Below, in pieces: positions 1 to 9,596 of a stretch of DNA of 64,000 nucleotides (the first letter of the stretch is position 1; every line of letters starts with the position of its first letter). Under the pieces are notes generated by a model. The model searched no databases, was not told the origin of the DNA, and saw only the letters and a list, made by a program, of their open reading frames with translations. The DNA is from an uncultured Clostridium sp. (GTDB lineage: Bacteria > Bacillota > Clostridia > TANB77 > CAG-508): positions 476-64,475 of the forward strand of contig CANPNZ010000008.1 in NCBI GenBank assembly GCA_947575605.1, given 5' to 3'. Made by a program: the position numbers and the translations under genes.

Positions 1-336
1 ATAGTGCCTTCCACATCTTTATAGTATTTGCCAAATAATTGGTAAGAACCACAAATTAATAAGAAAAAGACACCAGCGTCTATGGCTTCTTGGATAGAAT
101 CCTTGTATTGAACTAAATCTTCTGCTAGAATTCCTTGTTCTTGGTCGGCACCTCCGACCAGAAAAAATTAAATCGTAGCTTGTAAAGTCAGGAGGAGTAT
201 CCCCAATGGAGTAGGAGGTAACAGTTGTTTTGAATCCACGTTGCTGTAATCGATAAAGCAATACTTGAATATTTCCATAATCTCCATATAATTCTAAAAT
301 ATCTGGATATAAATATAATATTTTTAATTCTTTCAT
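1..336 (-). CDS. gatD: Lipid II isoglutaminyl synthase glutamine amidotransferase subunit (CobQ-like), runs off window edge; +1 shift at CGG 154-156
   Basis: N-terminus LYPDILELYGDYGN; after skipping C156 it reads FSG-GGADQEQ...LLICGSYQLFGKYY (GatD motifs with catalytic Cys); directly downstream of murT. Confidence 0.9.
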
Positions 337-338
337 TT

Positions 339-1667
339 TTAATCATCCTTGTCTAATTTCAAAATTTCGTTTCTGGTTGGTTGTAAGGCTGTATAATTAG
401 CAATCACATATTTTTTACAATTCGTTTTATAGAAGTTTTCTACCGCCTCTGATAAGTTTGGATAAGTTTCAATTTTATCAATAGGATATCCTGCCGTTTT
501 GATACGAATAGCCATATCATAAGCACGAATGCCTGATGTAATAATTCTGGAAACATGGTTTAAATCAGCAAAGTTAATGTCCCAAATCCAAGATACATCA
601 TGTCCATCTGCTAAATTGTCATTTAAAACGAATAGTAATTCTTTTTCTTCATCATCTTCCTTTAAAATTCTTAAACTAACATTGGCACCAGTTGGATTTT
701 TTGCTAAATTAATGATGGTTGGGATGTTTTTTATTTTAATTTCTTCTAATCTACCATTATCTAATACAAAGGTAGCTAGTGCTTTTTGTATTATTTCTGT
801 ATCGATATGATATAAAGTTGCACAGGCTACAACGGCTACAAAATTATAGATATTATAGATGCTATTAAATTTAGTCTGATATGTAATGGTATTAATAGAG
901 AAGGTTTTGTTTTTTAAATCGATATTAGTAGCTAATTGGTAGATTTCATTATCTCCATAGTTACAATTTGGGCATTGAAACTTACCAATATGAGAATATT
1001 GGTAATATTCGTATTTAATACGAGTGTGACAGAAAGGGCAAAATTTTCCTTCTCCTGCTTCTTTCATTTCATTGGTAGCATGTGTGTATCGCTCAACGCT
1101 AAAATAATAGATATTAGGATTTTCTGGATTGGATTGTCCTAGTCTTGCTACATTTGGGTCATCGTTGTTTAAAATTAGATTTCCAGTATAGGTCTTTAAA
1201 AATTCATGGATTTTTAGAATTAAGGCTTCTACTTCACCATTTCGATCTAATTGGTCACGGAAAAAGTCAAGAATGACTAGAGTGTCTAATTTTAAATCTT
1301 TAAAAACGATTGGTACATAACCTTCGTCAACTTCAAAGATAAGATAATCTGCTTTGATTTTTCCCGTTAAAGAACAATGTTTTAATAAAGTGGATAAAAT
1401 ACCAGTTTCCATGTTATTTCCTTCTATGTTGCTGATAACTTTTTTTCCAGCGGTTTTAAAAACATGTCCAATCGCATTATTGGTCATGGTTTTTCCATTG
1501 GTTGCGGTTACAGCTATAATAGGACAACTAATTTTAAAGTATTGGAATATGTCGGGGTTCCACTCATAGGCTATTTTTCCCAAAAAATTCCCACCTTTTT
1601 TTCCTAGTATTTTTAGCCCAAAGTGCAAAATTTTCATGGCTAATAGTATAAAAAAATTTTTCATCAT
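339..1667 (-). CDS. murT: MurT ligase (Mur ligase family, DUF1727)
   Basis: TATNGKT, EVDEG, DFFRDQLDRNGE, CPFC..CPNC zinc finger, AKNPTG, DVSWIWD motifs; start placed at MMKNFF. Confidence 0.9.
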   Translation of the reverse strand: MMKNFFILLAMKILHFGLKILGKKGGNFLGKIAYEWNPDIFQYFKISCPIIAVTATNGKTMTNNAIGHVFKTAGKKVISNIEGNNMETGILSTLLKHCSLTGKIKADYLIFEVDEGYVPIVFKDLKLDTLVILDFFRDQLDRNGEVEALILKIHEFLKTYTGNLILNNDDPNVARLGQSNPENPNIYYFSVERYTHATNEMKEAGEGKFCPFCHTRIKYEYYQYSHIGKFQCPNCNYGDNEIYQLATNIDLKNKTFSINTITYQTKFNSIYNIYNFVAVVACATLYHIDTEIIQKALATFVLDNGRLEEIKIKNIPTIINLAKNPTGANVSLRILKEDDEEKELLFVLNDNLADGHDVSWIWDINFADLNHVSRIITSGIRAYDMAIRIKTAGYPIDKIETYPNLSEAVENFYKTNCKKYVIANYTALQPTRNEILKLDKDD

Positions 1668-1800
1668 TATTTCCTTTTCTTCTTGATTTTGCAACATTAT
1701 ATCATAAGAAGAAAAAAATGTGAAATGTTTGTAAACTTAAATTTACATTTTCTATTGTAATGTGAGTATGATTATAGTAGAATAGTAGCAGAGGTGGAAG

Positions 1801-2610
1801 ATGAGAACTATAAACACAAATAAAATAGAAAAGGTGAAAATAACAAGTGATAATTATTATGTTGTACTTGACTTTGACAAAACCATAACCAATAAAGAAA
1901 GTTTAGACTCTTGGATGGCATTATTAGACTTTGAAATTTATGGGGAAGAATGCAAAAAAGAGATAGAGGAACTAAATGACAAATATTCTCCAATGGAATT
2001 AGATTATACATTGGAGGAAGAAGTCAAAAGGCGATATATGGTAGAATGGTATCAAAAAAGTATGGATTTATTATATAAGTATCAAATAAGTTATTCTAAT
2101 TTAGTAAAAGCATTAAAAAAAGATACCTTAAATTTTAGAAAAGGGGCAAAAGCATTTCTACAAAATTTATACCAAGAAAAAGTACCAGTTATAATATTAT
2201 CCGCAGGGATAGGGAATGTCATAGAAGAATTCTTGAAAAAGCAACAATGCTATTATGACAATATACATATTATTAGTAATTTTCTTACTTTTAAAGAAGA
2301 TAAAATGCAAAAATTCACAGGTTCTATCATTCATTCTATGAATAAAAAAATAGGAAATACATTACCAGAAGAACTAAAAGAGATAATCCAACAAAAGCAA
2401 TATGCTATTTTATGTGGTGATATCATTGAAGACATACAAATGATACCAAAAGAAAATTGGGATAAAACGATAACAATAGGATTTTTAAATAAAAAAATCA
2501 ACGAGAATTTAGCATTTTATAATAGACATTATGATGTCGTATTAACAGAAGAGGAAGCTTGTTTTGAAGAGGTAGAGAAAATAATAAAAAGAGAAGGAGA
2601 GATGAAGTAA
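1801..2610 (+). CDS. HAD hydrolase, pyrimidine 5'-nucleotidase (UMPH-1/cN-III) family
   Basis: DFDKTIT motif I, MVEWY, ILSAGIG, IISNF, GD..D, IGFLN motifs. Confidence 0.75.
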   Translation: MRTINTNKIEKVKITSDNYYVVLDFDKTITNKESLDSWMALLDFEIYGEECKKEIEELNDKYSPMELDYTLEEEVKRRYMVEWYQKSMDLLYKYQISYSNLVKALKKDTLNFRKGAKAFLQNLYQEKVPVIILSAGIGNVIEEFLKKQQCYYDNIHIISNFLTFKEDKMQKFTGSIIHSMNKKIGNTLPEELKEIIQQKQYAILCGDIIEDIQMIPKENWDKTITIGFLNKKINENLAFYNRHYDVVLTEEEACFEEVEKIIKREGEMK

Positions 2611-2611
2611 A

Positions 2612-3295
2612 ATGAAAAAATTTGGAAATATATTATGGGGATTGGTATTGATTATAGTAGGAGTAATTTTTGGACTAAATGCGGTAGGATTAACCAATAT
2701 CAATATTTTCTTTCATGGTTGGTGGACATTATTTATCATTGTTCCAAGCTTTATTGAATTATTTAGAAGCACCAATAAAATGTGGAGTTTTATTTGGTTG
2801 GTAATAGGAGTAGTGCTATTATTATGTGCACAAGGCATTTTGTCTTTTAGTTTAATAGGAAAACTAATTTTTCCATTTATTTTAGTGATGATAGGAATTA
2901 GCATTATTTTTAAAGATACTTTCCATAAAAAAGTAGCTGAAAAGATCAGAAACTTAAATGCCAACAAAGGAGAATTTGAAGAATATTGTGCTACTTTTGG
3001 GGGACAAAAAAGTGATTTATCAGGTCAAGAATTTAAAGGAGCTAACTTAGATGCTGTATTTGGAAGTGTAGAACTAGACCTTTCGAAGGCTATTATTAAA
3101 AAGGATCAAGTAATCAATGCCAATGCTATTTTTGGAGGAATTGAAATAAGAGTACCAACTGGAATTAATATCAAAGTAAAATCAACGCCAATTTTTGGTG
3201 GTGTAGATAATAAAACAAAAACAGAATACAATGAAAGTTTACCAACTTTATATATTAATGGCGTAGCTATGTTTGGAGGTGTTGAAATAAAATGA
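2612..3295 (+). CDS. LiaF-like membrane protein (cell-wall antibiotic response)
   Basis: Four N-terminal TM helices plus repeated A(I/V)FGG beta-repeats. Confidence 0.7.
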   Translation: MKKFGNILWGLVLIIVGVIFGLNAVGLTNINIFFHGWWTLFIIVPSFIELFRSTNKMWSFIWLVIGVVLLLCAQGILSFSLIGKLIFPFILVMIGISIIFKDTFHKKVAEKIRNLNANKGEFEEYCATFGGQKSDLSGQEFKGANLDAVFGSVELDLSKAIIKKDQVINANAIFGGIEIRVPTGINIKVKSTPIFGGVDNKTKTEYNESLPTLYINGVAMFGGVEIK

Positions 3296-4140
3296 CAACC
3301 TTTCAAAAAATAATTAAGTATGGAGCGATTGGATTTGCTATTTATTTATGTATTATGATAATTAGTATGATTTTGTTTGGAATAACAACTATTTTTGGTA
3401 TTTCCACAGGTTTAGAATTTTTTAAAAATAAAGATACTTCTGCTGTGGTAACAAAATGGGAACAAGAATACAAAAATATTACAGATTTAGATATTGATTT
3501 GAACATAGGCAAGCTAACCATTAAAAAGGGTGATACGCTAAAAGTAGAAGCTTCCCATATTTCAGAACAATTTAGATGTGAAGCCAGAGAAAGCCAATTA
3601 AAAATACAAGACGAAAAAGTTTATACTATGTTTAATAATACAGAAGTAGTACCAGAAATTACCATCTATTTGCCAGAAGCGGTAGAGTGGAAAGAAGTTA
3701 CGATTAAAACAGGAATGAACGAAACCAAAATTGAGTACTTAAAAGCAGATAAAGTGAATTTAGAAATGGGAGTAGGAAAATATCAAATCGATCATTTAAT
3801 AGCAAAACAGGCTAAGATAGAAGCTGGGGCAGGAGAAGCCAATATTTTAAATAGTAAAATTGAAGAATTGAAATTAGATGGTGGTATTGGAAAATTAGTG
3901 CTAACAAGTAAAATTACAGGGAAAGCTGATATTGATTGTGGCGTCGGAAAGATGGAATTAAATTTATTAGGTTCACCAAATGACTACAAAGTAAAGGGAA
4001 GTACAGGGTTAGGTGATTTTGAAATAGATGGCAAGAAAATTAGAGATCATGAGACGATTGGAAATGGTGAGGTTACTGTAAAAGTAGAGGCAGGTGTAGG
4101 AGAAACCAGTATTGATTTTAAAAAAGAAGAAAATATATAA
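3292..4140 (+). CDS. DUF4097 family beta-strand repeat protein
   Basis: N-terminal TM helix, repeated GVG/GAG/GIG motifs; overlaps previous stop (ATGA). Confidence 0.7.
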   Translation: MTTFQKIIKYGAIGFAIYLCIMIISMILFGITTIFGISTGLEFFKNKDTSAVVTKWEQEYKNITDLDIDLNIGKLTIKKGDTLKVEASHISEQFRCEARESQLKIQDEKVYTMFNNTEVVPEITIYLPEAVEWKEVTIKTGMNETKIEYLKADKVNLEMGVGKYQIDHLIAKQAKIEAGAGEANILNSKIEELKLDGGIGKLVLTSKITGKADIDCGVGKMELNLLGSPNDYKVKGSTGLGDFEIDGKKIRDHETIGNGEVTVKVEAGVGETSIDFKKEENI

Positions 4141-4159
4141 AAAAGGAAGAGGGATTTGA

Positions 4160-5299
4160 TTGAAAAAGATTGCAATTTTTGGTTCTACGGGTTCCATTGG
4201 AGAAAGTACACTAAATGTAATTAGAGAAAATCTGGATTTATTTGAAGTAATAACTCTAGTGGCAGGAAAGAATATACAAAAATTAATAGAGCAAATTCAA
4301 GAATTTAAGCCAAAACATGTATATATAACGGCAGAAGAAAATGCTAAGGAACTAGAAAAATTATTTCCTGATTTACAGGTGTATTATGGAAAAGAGGGAA
4401 TGGAAGAAATATCACAGCTAACAGACTTTGATATAGGAGTATCTGCTTTAGTGGGAATCGCAGGTTTACAACCAACCTATAATATGATAAAAAATGGGAA
4501 AATAGTAGCCTTAGCCAATAAAGAAGTGTTAGTGGCTGGTGGAAAATTAATTATGGAGACAGCTGCTAAAAATCATGCTACCTTATTAACAATAGATAGT
4601 GAACATAGTGCTATTATGCAGTGTTTGCAAGGAGAAAAGCAAAATAAGATTGATAAAATTTTATTGACAGCTTCTGGAGGACCATTTTTTGATAAGGAGA
4701 TAACAGATGAGATAACCGTAGAGCAAGCCTTAAATCATCCAACTTGGAAGATGGGACCAAAGGTGACGATTGATTCTTCTACGATGATGAATAAAGGATT
4801 TGAAGTCATCGAAGCAAAATGGTTATTTGATGTAGAACCAAGTCAAATACAAGTCGTAGTACATAGAAAAAGTATTGTCCATTCTATGGTGCAATTTCAA
4901 GATGGAACGATTATGGCAAATTTAGGACCAAAATCTATGCAAATACCAATTGCCTATGCTTTAAATTATCCCAATCGTTTAACCAATTCGATTGAAAAAA
5001 TTGATTTGTTTGAGATTGCAGAATTAAAGTTTGAAAAACCAGATTTAGAGAAGTTTTTGTGTCTAAAATTAGCTTTTGAAGCAATTGAAAAAGGACATAG
5101 TTATCAAGTCGTATTAAATGCTGCCAATGAAGTGCTAGTAGATGCTTTTTTGAATAAGAAAATAACCTATACGCAGATTCCAAAGGGAATACAAAAAATG
5201 CTAGATGAACATAACCAAATGGAATTAAATACAGTCGAAGAGATTTTAGCATTGGACAAAGAAGTGAAAGAAAAGACAAGAAAGATGATAGAGGATTAA
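4160..5299 (+). CDS. dxr: 1-deoxy-D-xylulose-5-phosphate reductoisomerase
   Basis: GSTGSIG, LANKE, DSEHSA, TASGGPF, HPTWKMG, NKGFEVIEA motifs. Confidence 0.97.
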   Translation: MKKIAIFGSTGSIGESTLNVIRENLDLFEVITLVAGKNIQKLIEQIQEFKPKHVYITAEENAKELEKLFPDLQVYYGKEGMEEISQLTDFDIGVSALVGIAGLQPTYNMIKNGKIVALANKEVLVAGGKLIMETAAKNHATLLTIDSEHSAIMQCLQGEKQNKIDKILLTASGGPFFDKEITDEITVEQALNHPTWKMGPKVTIDSSTMMNKGFEVIEAKWLFDVEPSQIQVVVHRKSIVHSMVQFQDGTIMANLGPKSMQIPIAYALNYPNRLTNSIEKIDLFEIAELKFEKPDLEKFLCLKLAFEAIEKGHSYQVVLNAANEVLVDAFLNKKITYTQIPKGIQKMLDEHNQMELNTVEEILALDKEVKEKTRKMIED

Positions 5300-5300
5300 G

Positions 5301-6059
5301 TTAGGGTTCTTCTATCAGGTCTTTCCAGTATTTTTTAGGCATACATTGCATTTGACATCTTGGATTTTTTCTTTCTGAAATAGCAATGGTTTTAAAAAAT
5401 AGTTTCCACAATTCCTGATATTTTTGTTCTTCTACAGAAATAGCAGGAATTTTTAGATGGGTAGCATCTACTATTTTGTATTCTTTTCCATTATATAATA
5501 AGCAAATATTTCTAATTTTATCGTGTATGATAAAATTTTGAGTCGGTAAACGATGGATAAAATGATGGCCTAGAGGTTCAATAATATTGTTGTCTGGATG
5601 GATAGAAGCATAGTATAAATTATTTCCAACTTCTTGAAAACGTAGTAATCCTTTTAGTCTATGACATTCTCCAAAACTTCTTTTTTTCATATTCATTACT
5701 TTAAAGATATAAGGAATGGTAAGTCGATTATTAATTTTAGGACCAAATTGAAAGCCATCACAAAGATATTTTAGCAAATTTACTTCTTTGTTTTTCTCAT
5801 CGCAAAGAAAGCTATAATAGGTATTGTATAAAGTGGTATAACCAATATTTTTTTCAATACCAGCAAATACTCTTTTGGCTTTCTCAGAGTCTGTTTGTAT
5901 GAAAAGGGGATGGTCTAAAAAGTTGGGCGAATATTCCGCTTCTGAAATAATTTGTTCTGGTAAGGTTTTTGCTACATAGCAGTCAAATACAAGACTTAGG
6001 AAACCATCGAATGTACCATCATATAAATAGGTTTTGTTTATAAGCTTCCAGTTAGACAT
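5301..6059 (-). CDS. TIGR03915 family putative DNA repair protein (DUF4130)
   Basis: YDGTFDGFLS N-terminus, E.HRLKGLLRF, MPKKYW C-terminus; paired with radical SAM gene. Confidence 0.85.
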   Translation of the reverse strand: MSNWKLINKTYLYDGTFDGFLSLVFDCYVAKTLPEQIISEAEYSPNFLDHPLFIQTDSEKAKRVFAGIEKNIGYTTLYNTYYSFLCDEKNKEVNLLKYLCDGFQFGPKINNRLTIPYIFKVMNMKKRSFGECHRLKGLLRFQEVGNNLYYASIHPDNNIIEPLGHHFIHRLPTQNFIIHDKIRNICLLYNGKEYKIVDATHLKIPAISVEEQKYQELWKLFFKTIAISERKNPRCQMQCMPKKYWKDLIEEP

Positions 6060-7336
6060 TTTATTTTATCCTCCTTCGTTGGTAATAAGTTATCAAAAAT
6101 AGATAGTTGCTGAAATTGGGGTAATGGTAAAGTACTTCTCTCTTGGTAAATCAAGTTTCTTTCAATAAAGTTTTCGTTAAATTTGTAGACTTTGTCATAA
6201 TATTTTCCCTTACAAGTGATAAAATATTGAGCTCTTTTTAGCGTAACTCCAAGCTTTTTTAAGGCTTCAAAGTCTAGCAAGAATTCACGTCTTGCACGAA
6301 TTATTTTTTTGGCGGATATAACACCAATGCCTGGAATTCGTAATAAGGTGAAATAGTCAGCAGAATTAATTTCAATGGGAAATTTATCGATATGGTGCAA
6401 AGCCCAATCACATTTGGGATCTAGCATATGATTAAAGTTAGGATGTGTTTCGTCTAATAATTCATTGGCTTTAAAACCATAATAACGAAGTAGCCAATCA
6501 GCTTGATAGAGCCTATTTTCACGAAGTAATGGTGGTGCTTCTAAGGTAGGAAGATTTTTGTCTTGATTTACACTGATATAGGCAGAATAATAAACTCTTT
6601 TTAAACTTAGTTTTTGATACAGTCCTTCTGAAAGTTTTAAGATTTTTAAATCACTTTCAGGCGTTGCTCCAACAATTAATTGTGTGGTTTGTCCAGCAGG
6701 AACAAAACTAGGTTTGTATCTACTTTTTTCGAGTTGGTTGCGTTTAATACCATTTGAAACATAGGACATAGGATCCAAAATACCGCTTTTTTCTTTTTGT
6801 GGAGCAAGTAGTTTTAGACTATCATGGGAGGGAAGTTCAATATTGATACTAAGTCTATCTACTAAACTACCTAAGGTATCAATTAATTCCTTACTAGCTC
6901 CAGGAATGCTTTTACAGTGAATGTAACCATTAAAATGATATTCATTTCGCAAAATGGAAATAGTTTGAATAAGCAGTTCCATTGTATGATCAGGAGATTT
7001 TACGACGGCAGAGCTTAAGAAAAGTCCTTCTATATAATTTCTTTTGTAAAAATTAATGGTTAAATCGGCTACTTCTTGTGGCGTGAAAGTAGCACGTTTA
7101 ACAGAGTTGGTACAACGATTGATGCAATATTTGCAATCATAGATACAACAATTGCTAAATAATATTTTTAGTAAAGAAATACATCTTCCATCTGCTCCCC
7201 AACTATGGCAAATCCCAGCTATACTACCGTTTCCAATTCCCTGATTTTTATTTTTTCGATTGCTTCCACTAGAACTACAAGAAGCGTCGTATTTAGCAGA
7301 GTCTGCTAATATTTTTAATTTGTCTAAGGTTTCCAT
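6038..7336 (-). CDS. Putative DNA modification/repair radical SAM protein (TIGR03916) with HhH domain
   Basis: AKYDASCSSSG, CIYDCKYC (CxxxCxxC), RLYQADWLLRYYGF, LLRIPGIG. Confidence 0.9.
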   Translation of the reverse strand: METLDKLKILADSAKYDASCSSSGSNRKNKNQGIGNGSIAGICHSWGADGRCISLLKILFSNCCIYDCKYCINRCTNSVKRATFTPQEVADLTINFYKRNYIEGLFLSSAVVKSPDHTMELLIQTISILRNEYHFNGYIHCKSIPGASKELIDTLGSLVDRLSINIELPSHDSLKLLAPQKEKSGILDPMSYVSNGIKRNQLEKSRYKPSFVPAGQTTQLIVGATPESDLKILKLSEGLYQKLSLKRVYYSAYISVNQDKNLPTLEAPPLLRENRLYQADWLLRYYGFKANELLDETHPNFNHMLDPKCDWALHHIDKFPIEINSADYFTLLRIPGIGVISAKKIIRARREFLLDFEALKKLGVTLKRAQYFITCKGKYYDKVYKFNENFIERNLIYQERSTLPLPQFQQLSIFDNLLPTKEDKIKCLTGSL

Positions 7337-7434
7337 TTTTTAATTCTCCATACCAAACATATATTTGTAATTATTATACCACAAAAAAATAAAAAGTCAA
7401 ACATTTATTTGACTTAATTTTCGTTTTTTAAAAG

Positions 7435-7827
7435 ATTAGTTTCCTCCTCTTGGCATAATATCATCTATTTTATTAGTATCTTGTTCATTCCACTTGAAAA
7501 GAAATTATAAAGTAAGAAAATGAGCCGCTTTCACGTTCAAAACCATTCTTATATTAAATTTGCATAAATGACGAATGCGACTGGAATAGTCATACAAATT
7601 CTAAAACAAAAGTCACAAAGGGTCCTGTTTTCGGGTATAGTTGTGACTTTTGTTAAAGAATTTGTTGACGTCATGAAAGGTAGCCGAGAAATTTATAAGA
7701 ATTTAATATAAGAATGGTTTTGCCTTGAACATCCCTCATTTTCTTACTTAACAATTTCTAATTTCTCGCTCCAATCAAGCGATACTAATAAAATCGATGA
7801 TATTATGCCAAGAGGAGGGGGACTAAT
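7435..7827. repeat. ~390-bp imperfect palindrome (rod-like hairpin with internal loops)
   Basis: Nested arms, e.g. CCTCCTCTTGGCATAATATCATC/GATGATATTATGCCAAGAGGAGG, CAAAACCATTCTTATATTAAATT/AATTTAATATAAGAATGGTTTTG, ACAAAAGTCACAA/TTGTGACTTTTGT. Confidence 0.9.
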
Positions 7828-7852
7828 TTTTTGAAAAAGCCAAAAATTGAAT

Positions 7853-8368
7853 TTATTTGACTTTTTTATAACCCCACCAGCATTTTTTTCTAATAAATTC
7901 AGAAAAGTCAGAAGGATTGCTTTTCTTAAAAGTAGATTTATCTAGTAAAAAAGAATGTGTTTTATCAAGATATAAATAAAAAAAAGTTTTTGTTTCAAAA
8001 GCTTTATATAATTGATGATACTTCATTTCTGAAAATTCTTTTTCATCTTCAATCACAAAAAATTTATCGTAAAAGGTAAAAGTAAATTCTTTTTCCTTTT
8101 GAATTTTTTCACTCTTATACTCTTTTGTAACTTCAGAAATAGGGCGAAAAAATCGCCAAAGAATAAAAGCTGTTAATCCAAAGCACAATAAAATAGCAAG
8201 TGTGTAATTATGAGATTTTACCTGTAAAATAAGGAGTAGTAGAATAAGTGCTACTATGATAACGGTATAAGCGGTATAGGTAAAATGATATTTTTTATTG
8301 TGGAAAGCAAGAAATTGATCATATACACTTTTAGTATATCTAGTTCTATTTTTAAATAATATTTTCAT
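7853..8368 (-). CDS. YcxB family membrane protein
   Basis: Two TM helices then ETKTFFYLY..FLLDK C-terminal domain. Confidence 0.65.
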   Translation of the reverse strand: MKILFKNRTRYTKSVYDQFLAFHNKKYHFTYTAYTVIIVALILLLLILQVKSHNYTLAILLCFGLTAFILWRFFRPISEVTKEYKSEKIQKEKEFTFTFYDKFFVIEDEKEFSEMKYHQLYKAFETKTFFYLYLDKTHSFLLDKSTFKKSNPSDFSEFIRKKCWWGYKKVK

Positions 8369-8577
8369 CGAATCACCATATTTATTATAACATATATTTC
8401 TATTAAAAGAATAAAAAATTTGGGGAGATTTGAAAAAATAGGATACTTTTTAGTTAGAATCGAGTGTTATTGAAATGTTATAAAAAGATTACCATTATGA
8501 TAAGAAAAACTTATGATAAAGAAGAACCAATCGCCTTGTTATTTAATATAATAAAGGAAGTAAGGGAGTGATTTGTT

Positions 8578-9024
8578 ATGGCCTATTCAGATCGTGAATT
8601 ATTAGCAAGAATTGTACAATGCGAAGCTGGTGGAGAAGGTGACAATGGAATGAAAGCAGTTGCCTCTGTAACCATGAATCGAGTGAATAGTTCAGAAGGA
8701 GAATATGCTAGAGTCTCACAAGGTGGAAATGTTCGAAATATTATTTTTCAGCAAGGACAATTTGATTGTGCAAGAGAAACCATACGAAATCAATATAATC
8801 CACAAAATATTTATAATATGACTCCCACAGAAGTTCATTATTATATTGCTGATTGGGCTTTGGCAGGCAATCGATTAAATGAAATAGGAGATTGTCTATG
8901 GTACTTAAATCCATTTAGACCTACTTGTAGTTCTACTTTTCCAAGTAATGGGTCTGGCATTTTTCATACCAGATTGGGTGATCATTGTTTTTATCGTCCA
9001 ACTAGCAAGTATTCACAAACATAG
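8578..9024 (+). CDS. Cell wall hydrolase (SleB/CwlJ, Hydrolase_2 family)
   Basis: LLARIVQCEAGGEG, AVASV.MNRV, QF, H.FY. Confidence 0.85.
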   Translation: MAYSDRELLARIVQCEAGGEGDNGMKAVASVTMNRVNSSEGEYARVSQGGNVRNIIFQQGQFDCARETIRNQYNPQNIYNMTPTEVHYYIADWALAGNRLNEIGDCLWYLNPFRPTCSSTFPSNGSGIFHTRLGDHCFYRPTSKYSQT

Positions 9025-9036
9025 AATTTAGAAAGG

Positions 9037-9384
9037 GTGATGGCTTTTATGGCAAATTCAGAGGAAAGAATAGACAAAAGAGAAACAAGACAGGTGGAAG
9101 TGAATCAAAATTCACCAGAGATTTTAACCAATCCTATTTATACACCTGCTTTTTTGAGAGAACAAATTGGAAAATTAATGAGAGTAGAATTTTTGATTGG
9201 TACGAATAATTTAGTGGATCGAATTGGTATTCTACAAGATGTAGGTGCAAGTTATATTTTGTTACGTTCTTTTGAAAATGATAGTTTGGTATATTGTGAT
9301 ATTTATTCGATTAAGTTTATAACGATTTCTACTACTGGCATTTATGGCTCTATGCCGAATAATAATCGATATTCTTATTATTAA
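9037..9384 (+). CDS. Spore coat protein, GerQ-like
   Basis: LREQIGK...GILQDVGASYIIL-type pattern; adjacent to CwlJ-like hydrolase. Confidence 0.55.
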   Translation: MMAFMANSEERIDKRETRQVEVNQNSPEILTNPIYTPAFLREQIGKLMRVEFLIGTNNLVDRIGILQDVGASYILLRSFENDSLVYCDIYSIKFITISTTGIYGSMPNNNRYSYY

Positions 9385-9400
9385 AAAATGTTTTTAATGA

Positions 9401-9450
9401 ATGCTGTTAATCTAAGATATAATGTTGAGTAATACTTAGATTAACAGTAT
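9401..9450 (+). terminator. Stem-loop after cwlJ/gerQ-like operon
   Basis: ATGCTGTTAATCTAAG...CTTAGATTAACAGTAT inverted repeat. Confidence 0.55.
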
Positions 9451-9596
9451 TTAATGCTTCAAGGAAATATGAGATTTTATTTGCTATTTGATAGACAAGC
9501 CCACATTGCTGTCTAAAATTTAACAGATTTGTTGAAATGAGTATTATATTGTGATATAAAATAAATTAGAGTTATTATAATATTTAGGAGGAAGCT

